A DNA stretch of 64,000 bases from an uncultured Bacteroidia bacterium (GTDB taxonomy: Bacteria; Bacteroidota; Bacteroidia; Bacteroidales; UBA932), in the NCBI GenBank assembly GCA_902788175.1, contig CADAJF010000007.1, positions 34,775 to 98,774 of the forward strand, in the 5' to 3' direction. The translations under genes were made by a program, and so were the position numbers. The stretch's first letter is position 1. Each line of letters starts with the position of its first letter. Under the pieces are notes generated by a model. The model ran no database searches. It was not told where the DNA came from and worked only from the letters and a program-made list of their open reading frames with translations. Shown piece by piece: positions 38,939 through 48,526 of this stretch.

Positions 38939-39808
38939 TTATCGGCACTGTTCACGGTCCTGCACCAGCTGTTCCTTGAGGGCTTCCAGCGAGGAGAACT
39001 TGCGCTCGTCGCGAACGCGGCGAAGTAAACGAAGCCGCAGCGGGAGCCCGTATATGTCCTCGTCAAAGTCCAGAATGTGCGTTTCGATAGTGCGGGCAGT
39101 GCCGCCCACTGTGGGCCTGGTACCAATGTTGCACATCCCCCGGAACACCTTCCCCAGCACTTCTGCCTCTACGGCATAGACCCCGTTGAAAGGCACCAGC
39201 TTGAGCGGTTCGTACAACTGCATATTGGCCGTAGGGAAGCCGATGGTGCGGCCCAGCCTGTTTCCGGCCACCACCACACCATACAGCGCATACACATACC
39301 CCAGCATAGCATTCGCCCGCTCAACCTCCCCCGCCTCCAACGCCCGCCGAATCTGTGTGGAAGAGATGGCCTCCCCTCCACGCCCTGAATCACATTCATC
39401 AACAACCTGGATAGAGAGAGCCGGAGAATAAATCTCCGTAGCCGTCTTCCTGTCGCTGCCTATCCTGTTGTCATAGCCCATCACTACCAGGGAGGCGCCA
39501 TAGCGCTCCTGCAGGAGTTGGAGGTATTCCTCCGCCTTGAGGGCAGAAAACTCCCGGGTGAAGGGCAGCACCTCCACGCGGTCTATGCCGCAGGAGAGCA
39601 GCAGCGCCTTCTTCTCTTCCAGGGAAGTCAGGAGCCTGAACTCCCGGGCATCTTGCTGCAAAACCGTCCTGGGATGCGGCCAGAACGAAACCACAATGGC
39701 CTCCTCCCCCCTTTGACGGGCCGAGGAGACCACTGTCTCCAGTACATGACGGTGCCCCAGGTGGACCCCGTCAAAAAAACCGGTGGTTACTACAGCCACT
39801 TCACGCAC
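38939..39808 (-). CDS. ribF: Riboflavin kinase / FAD synthetase
   Basis: GFFDGVHLGH, ISSTQIR, GRTIGFPTAN and NIGTRPT motifs. Confidence 0.95.
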   Translation of the reverse strand: MREVAVVTTGFFDGVHLGHRHVLETVVSSARQRGEEAIVVSFWPHPRTVLQQDAREFRLLTSLEEKKALLLSCGIDRVEVLPFTREFSALKAEEYLQLLQERYGASLVVMGYDNRIGSDRKTATEIYSPALSIQVVDECDSGRGGEAISSTQIRRALEAGEVERANAMLGYVYALYGVVVAGNRLGRTIGFPTANMQLYEPLKLVPFNGVYAVEAEVLGKVFRGMCNIGTRPTVGGTARTIETHILDFDEDIYGLPLRLRLLRRVRDERKFSSLEALKEQLVQDREQCR

Positions 39809-42800
39809 TCAAAAGCCTGACGGTGGGGAAGCAGCGGATGCTTGGCAAAGACGCGGCCGCCGATCAGGTAGGCACCGGTCTTCTCCGGCAGAACGTTCAC
39901 CTGGTAGGTGGCTACGCCTTCCTTGCACTCCACAAACTCGAATTCCTTCACGGCCACGATATGCAGCTTGCCGTGGGCATCCGTCTGGGCAAAAACTATC
40001 TCTACGCCCACATCCTCCGGCTTCAGGGCGCCCAGCTGCAGCTTCACGGAAGTGTGGTAAGGCTGCGACTGGGTAATGTCGTAGGAGGTTTCCAGCGGCT
40101 GGCGCCACACCTCCTGCACATTCTCCCACTCCCGGCGCACCATGCTCTTCCAGGCGGCCAGGGTACGGGCCTGGGCGAAGTCATCGGCCTTGATCTGCGT
40201 GGCGCGGACAGCCTGCGGGACGTAGTACTGGTCCATGTAGTCCGTGAGCATGCGGTTGGTGGTGAAGTTGCACGCCACCTGAGCTATGGTATTCTTGATG
40301 TAGCCCACCCACTCGCTGCTGCGGCCGGTGGTACGGTCCACGTTGTAATAGGCGGGAACTATATCGTTCTCCAGGATCTGGTAGATGGTGGCGGCATCCA
40401 GTTCGTTCTGGAAGTTGTCGTCTTCGTAGGCCTGCTCGATGGGAAGGGCCCAGCCGGCGCCTTCCTTATAGCCTTCCACCCACCAGCCGTCCAGCACGGA
40501 GAAGTGCATGGTGCCGTTCATGGCGGCCTTTTCACCGGACGTGCCGGAAGCCTCCTGCGGGCGCGTGGGATTGTTCATCCACACGTCCACGCCCTGCACC
40601 ATGCGTTTGGCCAACGTAATGTCATAGCCGGGCACAAAGACAATCTTGCCGATGAAACGCGGATCCTTCGAGATATCTACAATTTGCTTGATGAGGTCCT
40701 GGCCGGCTTTATCGGCGGGATGAGCCTTGCCGGCAAAGAGGAACTGCACGGGCTGGGCAGGGTTGTTGACAATCTTGTCCAGGCGGTCCAGGTCGCGGAA
40801 AAGGAGCGTAGCACGCTTGTAAGTGGCAAAGCGGCGCGCAAAGCCGATGGTGAGGACATCGTCCCGCAAGTTGTCGAGGATGCTTACCAGCTGGGAAGGG
40901 CTGTAGTGGTTGCTGATGCTCTTGTCCTGCAGACGCTCCCGCAGGAAGGCCATCAGCTTGACCTTGAGCTGTTTCTTGACATTCCACACATCCTTGTCCG
41001 AGACGCTGTAAATGCCCTCGAAGCAGGATTTGTCATAGTGGTGGGTGGCAAAGTCCGGGCCGAACACCTTTGCGTGCACGGGCTTCCACTCCGGAGCGCA
41101 CCAGGTGGGATAATGCACACCGTTGGTGACATAGCTCACGAAGAGTTCCTCCGGCAGGTAACCCGGGTACATGTGCGCAAAAATGTCCTGCGACACCTTG
41201 CCGTGCAGCATGGAAACACCGTTCACGTTCTGCGAGATATTGGCCGCGAGGTTGCTCATGGAGAACTTCTCGTTGGGATCCAGCGGATTGTCCTTGCCCA
41301 GCGACATCAGGGTTTCCCAATCCACCTTCAGGCGTCCGGGATAGTGGCCGATATACTTGCGCAGCATGCCCTCCTCGAAGGCATCGTGACCGGCAGGAAC
41401 CGGCGTATGGGTGGTGAAGAGCGAGCTGGCCCGCACCACTTCCAGGGCCTCCGAGAAGTCCAGGTTGTCCTTTTCAATGTACTCACGAAGACGCTCCAGG
41501 CCGATAAAAGCGGCATGGCCCTCGTTGCAGTGGTACACCTGGGTGTCCAGGCCCAGCTTGCGCAGGGCGCGGATACCGCCCACACCCAGCAGCAGTTCCT
41601 GCTTGAGACGGTTCTCCCAGTTGCCGCCGTACAGGTGGTAGGTCACCTCCCTGTCTTCGGGGATGTTGGCCTCATAGTCCGTATCCATCAGGTACAGGTC
41701 CGTGCGGCCCACCTCCACCTTCCACAGGCGGGCGGTGATGTTGCGGCCCGGGAAGGCCACGGAGGTGGTGACCCAGTTACCCTCTGCGTCAAACACGGGG
41801 ACGGCGGGTATCTTGGTGAAGTCCTGGGCGTCGTAGCCGGCCACCTGATAACCCTGTGCGGAAAGCACCTGGTTGAAGTAGCCGAAACGGTAGAGGAAGC
41901 CCACGGCCACCAGGTTCACGTTCATGTCCGAGGTTTCCTTTAGGTAGTCGCCGGCCAGGATGCCCAGGCCGCCGGAATAAATCTTGAGGGAGGTGTCCAG
42001 GCCGTACTCCATGCAGAAATAGGCGATGGAAGGATCCTTGCGGGCAGCCTTGGCGGCCATGTAGGTGTCAAACTCGTCCAGGACGACCTTCATCCTGGAA
42101 AGGAATTCCTGGTCTTCTGAGAGCTGCTGGAAGCGCTTGATGCTCACGCTGTCCAGCAGGGTAAGCGGGTTGTGGCCACCGCGGTGCCATACCTCCGGGT
42201 CAATGGAGCGGAACAGGTCCTTGGCGCTGTCGTTCCAGCACCACCAGAGGTTCTTGGAGAGTTTTTCCAGCCGGGAAAGCTTTTCCGGGAGGTGACGCGT
42301 CACCATGACGCTTTTCCAGCTGGGATGGTTTATATCTGCTTTGAAATACTGCATAGTCTTCTTCTTGGATTGGTAGGAGTCCATCTGCTCCTGCACCTTG
42401 GCAAGAGCCTTGTGGTAGGCCTCCCGGTAATACACTATCTGATTGCTCCAGAGAGCTATCTGGGCAACTTCCCGGGCATTTTCCCGGTAAATCTTTCCGT
42501 CTTCGGCAGAGAGCCCCGCAATCTCTCGGATGCGGGCGGCCACCCCGTCCACCACCTGGGCGTAGTTGTCGTCGTCGCGGTCCAGGACGGTGATGCCGGG
42601 ATGCTCCCCTTTGTAATGGGTTCTCACCCACAGGCCGAAACCTGCCAGGGTGGTTGTGAGCGTAGGAATGCGGAAGGCAAGGGCCTCCAGCGGGGTATAG
42701 CCCCAAGGCTCATAGTAGGAAGGGAACAGGGCCAAGTTCATGCCGCACAGGAGGTGGTAGTAGGGCATGTTGAAGATGCCGTCGTCGCCGTTCAGGTACG

Positions 42801-44022
42801 AGGGGATGAAATACACCTTCACCTTGTCTCCGGGGGCGTTTGCCAGTCCCAGTTCCCGCATGCGGGCGGTGATGATGTCGTGTTCCGGGTACTGGAGTAC
42901 ATGCGAGACCTGAGTGCGGTAGGCGGCATTTCCCCCGCCGGAGAGCTTGGCGGCCACTTCCTTGTCCGGGCCGTGGTGTCCGGAAGGAATCATGATGAAG
43001 GCATGGATGCCGTGCCCATCGAAGCCGGTGCGCCGCACAGCGTCCAGCGCATCCAGGAACACGTCAATGCCCTTGTTGCGGTACTCGTAGCGGCCGCCGA
43101 TGCAAAGGAAGACATCGTCTGCGGGAACCTGCTCCCCGCTCATGGCCGACGCCACCTGGACAAGCCGTGCCCGCGCCGCCTGGTGCAGGGCTTCATACTC
43201 CTTGTCCGAGGCCGGCGTGAAGCTGTTCTCGAAGCCGTTGGGCGTCACTACGTCCACGGGGCGAAGGAACTGCGCGCATTCCTTGGCCGTGGTATCGCTC
43301 ACGGTGGTGAAAATGTCTGCGTTGAGGGCACTGGTGCGCTCCAGGGAATAGATGGCCGTCACGTTGAAGCGCCGGGCCATTTCCTCCCCGTTATAACTGC
43401 CGAGGGCATTGTACAGCGGCAGGTTGTTGCCCGCCAGGCAGCGGCCCATCATGGTGGCGTGCGTGGTGAACACCGTGGCGATGGGAAGGGCCGAGCGCCT
43501 GAGCTCCAGCACGCCGGCGCCCGTCTGCCACTCGTGGAACTGGGCCACCACCTTTTCCCCGCCTTTGAGGTTGAAATTCCAGAAACTGCTGATCACCTTT
43601 CCGGCGATGACGCCAAAGACGGCCGACTCCTTGTAATCCCAGTTGCCGGAAAGGGAATCCACGCCGAAGTCCTTCCAGAGGTCTGTCAGGATTTCATCGG
43701 CTTTGGGAATGAACTGCTTGTAATCTACCAGGATGGCTACAGGTTTGCCGGGGATGTTCCAGCGGCCCACGCGGAAACGGAGGCCTTCGGACTGGGCCTG
43801 GGCCTTCCAGGAACGGTAGAGCATGGGGTCTTCCAGGAAATCCGGGTTGCCGGCGCGGTGCATCCAGACATCGGGGCCCACGAAAATGTGCCGGCGGCCC
43901 AGTTCTTCACTCAGGTGGAGGGCTTTGGTGGCCACCACCGTATAGATGCCGCCCACCTTGTTGCAAACCTCCCAGCTAACCTCGAAGAGGTAATCGGCCT
44001 GCAAAAAATCTTTCTTTTTCAT
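39790..44022 (-). CDS. glgP: Fused GT3-type glycogen synthase (N-terminal) and GT35 alpha-glucan phosphorylase (C-terminal)
   Basis: N-term FEVSWEVCNKVGGIYTV, HEWQ, RYEYRNKG, FPSYYEPWGYTP; C-term YSGGLG, NEGHAAF, FARRFATYKR, EASGTSGEK. Confidence 0.92.
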   Translation of the reverse strand: MKKKDFLQADYLFEVSWEVCNKVGGIYTVVATKALHLSEELGRRHIFVGPDVWMHRAGNPDFLEDPMLYRSWKAQAQSEGLRFRVGRWNIPGKPVAILVDYKQFIPKADEILTDLWKDFGVDSLSGNWDYKESAVFGVIAGKVISSFWNFNLKGGEKVVAQFHEWQTGAGVLELRRSALPIATVFTTHATMMGRCLAGNNLPLYNALGSYNGEEMARRFNVTAIYSLERTSALNADIFTTVSDTTAKECAQFLRPVDVVTPNGFENSFTPASDKEYEALHQAARARLVQVASAMSGEQVPADDVFLCIGGRYEYRNKGIDVFLDALDAVRRTGFDGHGIHAFIMIPSGHHGPDKEVAAKLSGGGNAAYRTQVSHVLQYPEHDIITARMRELGLANAPGDKVKVYFIPSYLNGDDGIFNMPYYHLLCGMNLALFPSYYEPWGYTPLEALAFRIPTLTTTLAGFGLWVRTHYKGEHPGITVLDRDDDNYAQVVDGVAARIREIAGLSAEDGKIYRENAREVAQIALWSNQIVYYREAYHKALAKVQEQMDSYQSKKKTMQYFKADINHPSWKSVMVTRHLPEKLSRLEKLSKNLWWCWNDSAKDLFRSIDPEVWHRGGHNPLTLLDSVSIKRFQQLSEDQEFLSRMKVVLDEFDTYMAAKAARKDPSIAYFCMEYGLDTSLKIYSGGLGILAGDYLKETSDMNVNLVAVGFLYRFGYFNQVLSAQGYQVAGYDAQDFTKIPAVPVFDAEGNWVTTSVAFPGRNITARLWKVEVGRTDLYLMDTDYEANIPEDREVTYHLYGGNWENRLKQELLLGVGGIRALRKLGLDTQVYHCNEGHAAFIGLERLREYIEKDNLDFSEALEVVRASSLFTTHTPVPAGHDAFEEGMLRKYIGHYPGRLKVDWETLMSLGKDNPLDPNEKFSMSNLAANISQNVNGVSMLHGKVSQDIFAHMYPGYLPEELFVSYVTNGVHYPTWCAPEWKPVHAKVFGPDFATHHYDKSCFEGIYSVSDKDVWNVKKQLKVKLMAFLRERLQDKSISNHYSPSQLVSILDNLRDDVLTIGFARRFATYKRATLLFRDLDRLDKIVNNPAQPVQFLFAGKAHPADKAGQDLIKQIVDISKDPRFIGKIVFVPGYDITLAKRMVQGVDVWMNNPTRPQEASGTSGEKAAMNGTMHFSVLDGWWVEGYKEGAGWALPIEQAYEDDNFQNELDAATIYQILENDIVPAYYNVDRTTGRSSEWVGYIKNTIAQVACNFTTNRMLTDYMDQYYVPQAVRATQIKADDFAQARTLAAWKSMVRREWENVQEVWRQPLETSYDITQSQPYHTSVKLQLGALKPEDVGVEIVFAQTDAHGKLHIVAVKEFEFVECKEGVATYQVNVLPEKTGAYLIGGRVFAKHPLLPHRQAFECVKWL

Positions 44023-44028
44023 CCTCTT

Positions 44029-45288
44029 TTATTTCCTCTTCCGCTTCAGTGAACCCAACTCCTCCACGGCCGCGGCCTTTACATCCAGGGCGGCGTGTGC
44101 TTCGTCCAGGCGGATCTGGAAGTCTGAAATTACGTTCATGTAGTTGATAAACGCCTCATACGGCGTGTCATAGGGATTGAAATACTTGTGCACTTCCCCG
44201 TCCGAGAAGAACTTGGTGCACATGTAGTAGAAGTGGTCGCTTTCCTGCAGGTGGCCAAAGTCTTCCCAGAGCTCTGCGTCGTTGACGATGGAGAGTTTCT
44301 CCGTCATGGCGTACACCTTCTTGTAGGCTTCGCTCTGGAGCTCGTTGCCCAGCCAGGCGGTGAGGTCGCGCTCTTCGTCGGCCCAGGAGATGGGGTCTTC
44401 CACGGAGATGTCCGAGATGGGTTTGTGCTTCTTGACAGCCTCCGAGGGGGTGACAAAGCCGAAGGTGCCGTCTGCGAGGACGGCGGCGGGCAGGGCCCTC
44501 ATGAACTCGAAGATGCCGCTGTCTGCGCTCTGGTGCTCCCCGAAGGTTTCATAGTCCATGAAAAGGTTCACGATATCCCCTTCCCCGGCGCTTTTGCCCA
44601 GCCAGTCCACGTATTTCTCTGCGGTGAGGGGCCACATGTCCCAGCCCTGGTTGGAGAAGCGGAAGGCAATGTCGTCGGAGAGGCTGTAGTTGCGCAGCAG
44701 GAGTTTCAGCTTGGACTGCGTATGCCCCGTGTACACGTAATTGGGGCTTCTCCAGCCCATGATGTGGCGGGCGCCTTCCGTTAGCATGGTCTTGTAACCC
44801 AGGTCATAGACCATCTCCCCGATTCCATCCGAGTAGATGAGCTCCGTATTGCGGAAAGCGGTGGGCTTGACGCCAAAGAGTTCCTCGATGAGGGCGGCGT
44901 GCTTGAGGACCTGGTGACGGAACTCCGACTCGCTGGCGAGGGAGGCCAGGGAGTGGTAGTAGGTCTCGCACAGGAATTCCACCTTGCCGGTGGCGGCGAG
45001 GGCCTTGAAGGACTCAATCACCTCCGGGGCAAAGCGCCGGAACTGCTCCAGGGCGCTGCCGGAGATGGAATAGGCAATCTTGAACTTGCCCTTGTGCTTG
45101 GCAATCAGCTCCAGCATGAGCTGGTTCATGGGAAGGTAGCACTTGGTGGCCACGCGGCGCAGGATGGTGCGGTTGGCAAAGTCATCGTAGTAGTGGGAGT
45201 CCTTGCCGATATCGAAGAATCTGTACAGGCGGAGCCGGGTGGGTTGGTGAACCTGAAAATACAGGCAGATGCTCTTTGAAGTTGCCAT
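44029..45288 (-). CDS. Glycoside hydrolase family 57 (alpha-amylase-like)
   Basis: VHQP, ETYYHSL, FRNTEL, MDYETFGEH and SWADEERD motifs. Confidence 0.92.
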   Translation of the reverse strand: MATSKSICLYFQVHQPTRLRLYRFFDIGKDSHYYDDFANRTILRRVATKCYLPMNQLMLELIAKHKGKFKIAYSISGSALEQFRRFAPEVIESFKALAATGKVEFLCETYYHSLASLASESEFRHQVLKHAALIEELFGVKPTAFRNTELIYSDGIGEMVYDLGYKTMLTEGARHIMGWRSPNYVYTGHTQSKLKLLLRNYSLSDDIAFRFSNQGWDMWPLTAEKYVDWLGKSAGEGDIVNLFMDYETFGEHQSADSGIFEFMRALPAAVLADGTFGFVTPSEAVKKHKPISDISVEDPISWADEERDLTAWLGNELQSEAYKKVYAMTEKLSIVNDAELWEDFGHLQESDHFYYMCTKFFSDGEVHKYFNPYDTPYEAFINYMNVISDFQIRLDEAHAALDVKAAAVEELGSLKRKRK

Positions 45289-45295
45289 ATATCGA

Positions 45296-46585
45296 TTATT
45301 TTACAACTGATTCGTAAACTTGTTTGAGTTTGGCGGTGGCGCCGTTCCACTTGAGGGCGTTCACTTCCTCGTAGCCCATGCGGTTGCTGAAGCTGGCCAG
45401 GGCGGGATAACTGAGGAGGGCGTAGATGTCATCGGCGATGGCGTCCACGTCCCAGAAGTCCACCTTGAAGGCGTATTTGAGCACCTCTGCGGCGCCGGAC
45501 TGCTTGGAGATGATGGACGGCACCCCGGTGCGCATGGCTTCCAGCGGGGAAATGCCGAAAGGCTCCGAGATGGAGGGCATGATGTACACGTCCGAGAGGG
45601 CGAACATCTTCTGGACATCGGCGCCGCGAAGGAAGCCGGTGAAGTGGAAGCGGTCGCTGATTCCCAGACGGGCGGCATGGCGGATAGCGCGGTTCATCAT
45701 GTCACCGCTGCCGGCCATCACAAAACGCACGTTTCCGGTGCGCTTGAGCACCTTGGCGGCGGCTTCGATGAAGTATTCCGGTCCCTTCTGGTAGGTGATG
45801 CGACCCAGAAAAGTGACTACGGGCTCCTTGACGCCGCGCTCTACCTGAAGGTTTTCCCGGCCGCTGAAATCCACCGCGTTGTGTACGGTGACAACCTTGG
45901 CGGGGTCTATGCCGTAGCGGGTAATGACCGTATTGCGGGTGAGGTTGCTCACGGTGACCACGCGGTCCGCCATTTCCATGCCCTTGCGCTCGATGGCAAA
46001 GACGCGGGTATCTATGTTGTCCACGCTGCCGCGGTCGAAGGAGGTGGCGTGCACGTGGATTACCAGGGGTTTTCCGGTCAGTTCCTTGGCGGCGATGCCG
46101 GCGTAATAGGTGAGCCAGTCGTGGGCGTGGATCACGTCAAACTGGTCCTTGCGCTGCAGGGCGATGGTGCCGCCCACCATGGCGTAGCGGGCCACTTCCT
46201 CCATGAGGGAAGCGCCGTACTTGCCGGAGAACTTGTATTTCTGGCCGTAGCTGATGGAAAAGTCCTTCACCTGGCGCTTCTTTTCTTCCTCTACCAGGCG
46301 GGAGAATTCCTCCGGATTGGCGTAGGGAATCATGTTGCTGCCGATGTGGATGAACTTCACCTTTTCCAGGTATTCCTCCACGGACTCCGAGACTGTATCT
46401 ACGGGAACGTCCGAGGCGTTGATGATGGTGGTGGCGCTCTGGTCTTCGTCGCCGGAGGCCGAAGGCATCACGAAGAGGGTTTCCACGCCGTTGGCGGCCA
46501 AACCCTTCACGATACCCTCACAGGCAGTACCCAGGCCGCCTGCAATGTGGGGAGGAAACTCCCAGCCGAACATTAGTACTCTCAT
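45296..46585 (-). CDS. GT4-like glycosyltransferase of the glycogen cluster
   Basis: WEFPPHIAGGLG, HAHDWL, GRITYQKG and SEPFGISPLEA motifs. Confidence 0.88.
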   Translation of the reverse strand: MRVLMFGWEFPPHIAGGLGTACEGIVKGLAANGVETLFVMPSASGDEDQSATTIINASDVPVDTVSESVEEYLEKVKFIHIGSNMIPYANPEEFSRLVEEEKKRQVKDFSISYGQKYKFSGKYGASLMEEVARYAMVGGTIALQRKDQFDVIHAHDWLTYYAGIAAKELTGKPLVIHVHATSFDRGSVDNIDTRVFAIERKGMEMADRVVTVSNLTRNTVITRYGIDPAKVVTVHNAVDFSGRENLQVERGVKEPVVTFLGRITYQKGPEYFIEAAAKVLKRTGNVRFVMAGSGDMMNRAIRHAARLGISDRFHFTGFLRGADVQKMFALSDVYIMPSISEPFGISPLEAMRTGVPSIISKQSGAAEVLKYAFKVDFWDVDAIADDIYALLSYPALASFSNRMGYEEVNALKWNGATAKLKQVYESVVK

Positions 46586-46588
46586 TGC

Positions 46589-48517
46589 TTAGTCCTCCCT
46601 GTATTTTTCTATGAGCCAGTTGATATTCAGAAGGGCCGCTGTGGTCATGGCCGACGAGATGGCCCCGTGCGGTTCATGCGGCGGGTCTCCGTCATAGAGT
46701 TCGCTGAAGCAGCCCACCCCGTGCTTGGAAAGGTCCTCGTAGAAACCTTCGGTGAGCCATTCGGCCCGCTTGATGAAGTTCCGGCCCATCATGTTGAAGC
46801 TGGCATAGCAGAACAGGACCAGCAGGAAAGGCCAGGCGCTGCCGTTCTGGTAGGCTTCGTCGCGCTGGATCTGGGAACCTTCGTACACGCCCTTGTAGCG
46901 TGAGTCGCGGGGGCTCAGGGTGCGGATGCCGCGGTGGGTGAGAAGTTCTGCGTTCACCACCCGCATGACCTGGCTCACTATCTCGTCGTCCACGCAGCGG
47001 TAATCCAGGGAAACGGCCCAGAGCTGGTTGGGACGCAGTTCCAGGTGCTGTCCCCCGTTGTTCACGTAGTCTGCCAGGAAACCGGCTTCTGCGTTCCAGA
47101 ACGTGGGCTGGAAGTTCTTCTCTATGAGTTCCTTGACGGGCGTCCACTTGCGGGCGAAGGCGCTGCCTTTGCGCTCATTCTCCAGGGCAAAGCAGATGGC
47201 GTTGTACCACAGGGCGTTGGTCTCTACCTGGTAGCCAGCGCGCTCCGTTACTGCGCGGCCGTGGATATAGGCGTTCATCCAGCTCAGGGCCACGCCGTCT
47301 TTCTGGGCCCACAGAAGGCCGTCGGGCTGCATGGCCACCTCTTCCCGGACACCGGGAAGGTAGCTTTCCAGGATGGCCTTGAGCACCGGCCCGTACTTTT
47401 CCCAGACGGCCTTTTTGGAAGCGCCGTAAGCGATATACTGCTGCAGGCTGTACGTCAGCAGCAGGGGGGCCTCCACCTGCGTGGTGCGGCGGGTAAGGCG
47501 CCCTTGGTTCTGGCTTATCAGGTTGTCCAGGATCTCCTCAAAATCCGAGGGGCTGTTGTTGCCGTAGAGCGCAAGGCCCGCGACAGAAAGCAGGGTTTCC
47601 CGCAACAGGCCCGTCAGGAGCCAGCTGTAACCGGCCACGATGCGCTTGACGCCGTCATCTTCCCGGATAAGGGCATTGCACTGGCGCACCAGCTGGTCAT
47701 GGAAGGAAGTGATGGGACCTACCTTCTGCACGGTGGAGGCGAACTTCCGTTTGAGGCCGGAGGCCTTCACGGCTTCCCCGGCGGTGGCACTGAAAACCAG
47801 GGTGTCGCCGGCCTTCATCTCTGCTTCCAGGATACCGGGGACCCAGAGGTCTTCGCGGCAGTCGAAGCCGCGGCGCATCTCGTCCGAGTAGGTGATTCCC
47901 TTGTACCAGGCAGGGTTATATTTGAAGGCCGAGGCGCTGGTGCTCAGCTGCAGGTTCAGGTCCGGGAAGCCCTCATACATGTTGAAGGCCACGCCGTTCT
48001 GCACGGGGGTGAAGGCCGTGCGGGCGTTGCCGTTCTCCTGGGTGAGGGCGTGGTAGTTGCGGAAGGCCAGGAAGGGTTTCAGCTCCAGCTTTACCTTGGC
48101 GGGGGCGCTCAGGAGCTCATACTGGATGAGCAGCTGGTTCTGCTCCGGGCTCAGGACAATCTGCTTGCGGAACACTATTTCCCCTATCTTGTAGGTGATG
48201 GTGGGGACAGGGTCCGCGTCAAAGTCCACGATGTACTTGTGGCCGCGGGGTTCGTAGATGTCCCCGTAGCAGTGGATGCCCAGGTTGAAACGCTTGCCCC
48301 GCAGGATAAGGGTTTCGTCCAGGGAACTGAGGAGGATATGCCTAAAGCTGTCGAAGGTTTTTACCGGAACGGCCAGCAGGGCATGGTAGCGGCGCGTATT
48401 GCAGGTGACGATGGACGTGTTGCAATAGGCGCCCGTTTTGTTGGCCAGCATGATTTCCCGCTTGAGGGAATACTCCAGGTTGACTAGCTCGGACTTGTTG
48501 AATTTCAAAAAAGCCAT
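46589..48517 (-). CDS. Glycogen debranching enzyme (amylo-alpha-1,6-glucosidase, GH133-like)
   Basis: NTRRYH, VETNALWYN, LRPNQ, RTLSP and SELYDGDPPH motifs. Confidence 0.85.
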   Translation of the reverse strand: MAFLKFNKSELVNLEYSLKREIMLANKTGAYCNTSIVTCNTRRYHALLAVPVKTFDSFRHILLSSLDETLILRGKRFNLGIHCYGDIYEPRGHKYIVDFDADPVPTITYKIGEIVFRKQIVLSPEQNQLLIQYELLSAPAKVKLELKPFLAFRNYHALTQENGNARTAFTPVQNGVAFNMYEGFPDLNLQLSTSASAFKYNPAWYKGITYSDEMRRGFDCREDLWVPGILEAEMKAGDTLVFSATAGEAVKASGLKRKFASTVQKVGPITSFHDQLVRQCNALIREDDGVKRIVAGYSWLLTGLLRETLLSVAGLALYGNNSPSDFEEILDNLISQNQGRLTRRTTQVEAPLLLTYSLQQYIAYGASKKAVWEKYGPVLKAILESYLPGVREEVAMQPDGLLWAQKDGVALSWMNAYIHGRAVTERAGYQVETNALWYNAICFALENERKGSAFARKWTPVKELIEKNFQPTFWNAEAGFLADYVNNGGQHLELRPNQLWAVSLDYRCVDDEIVSQVMRVVNAELLTHRGIRTLSPRDSRYKGVYEGSQIQRDEAYQNGSAWPFLLVLFCYASFNMMGRNFIKRAEWLTEGFYEDLSKHGVGCFSELYDGDPPHEPHGAISSAMTTAALLNINWLIEKYRED

Positions 48518-48526
48518 AATATCTGT

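Noticed and set aside
39290-39450. Compositionally odd patch within ribF
   Set aside because: The reading frame is intact, the length is about normal and there is no clear repeat; probably a variable linker region.
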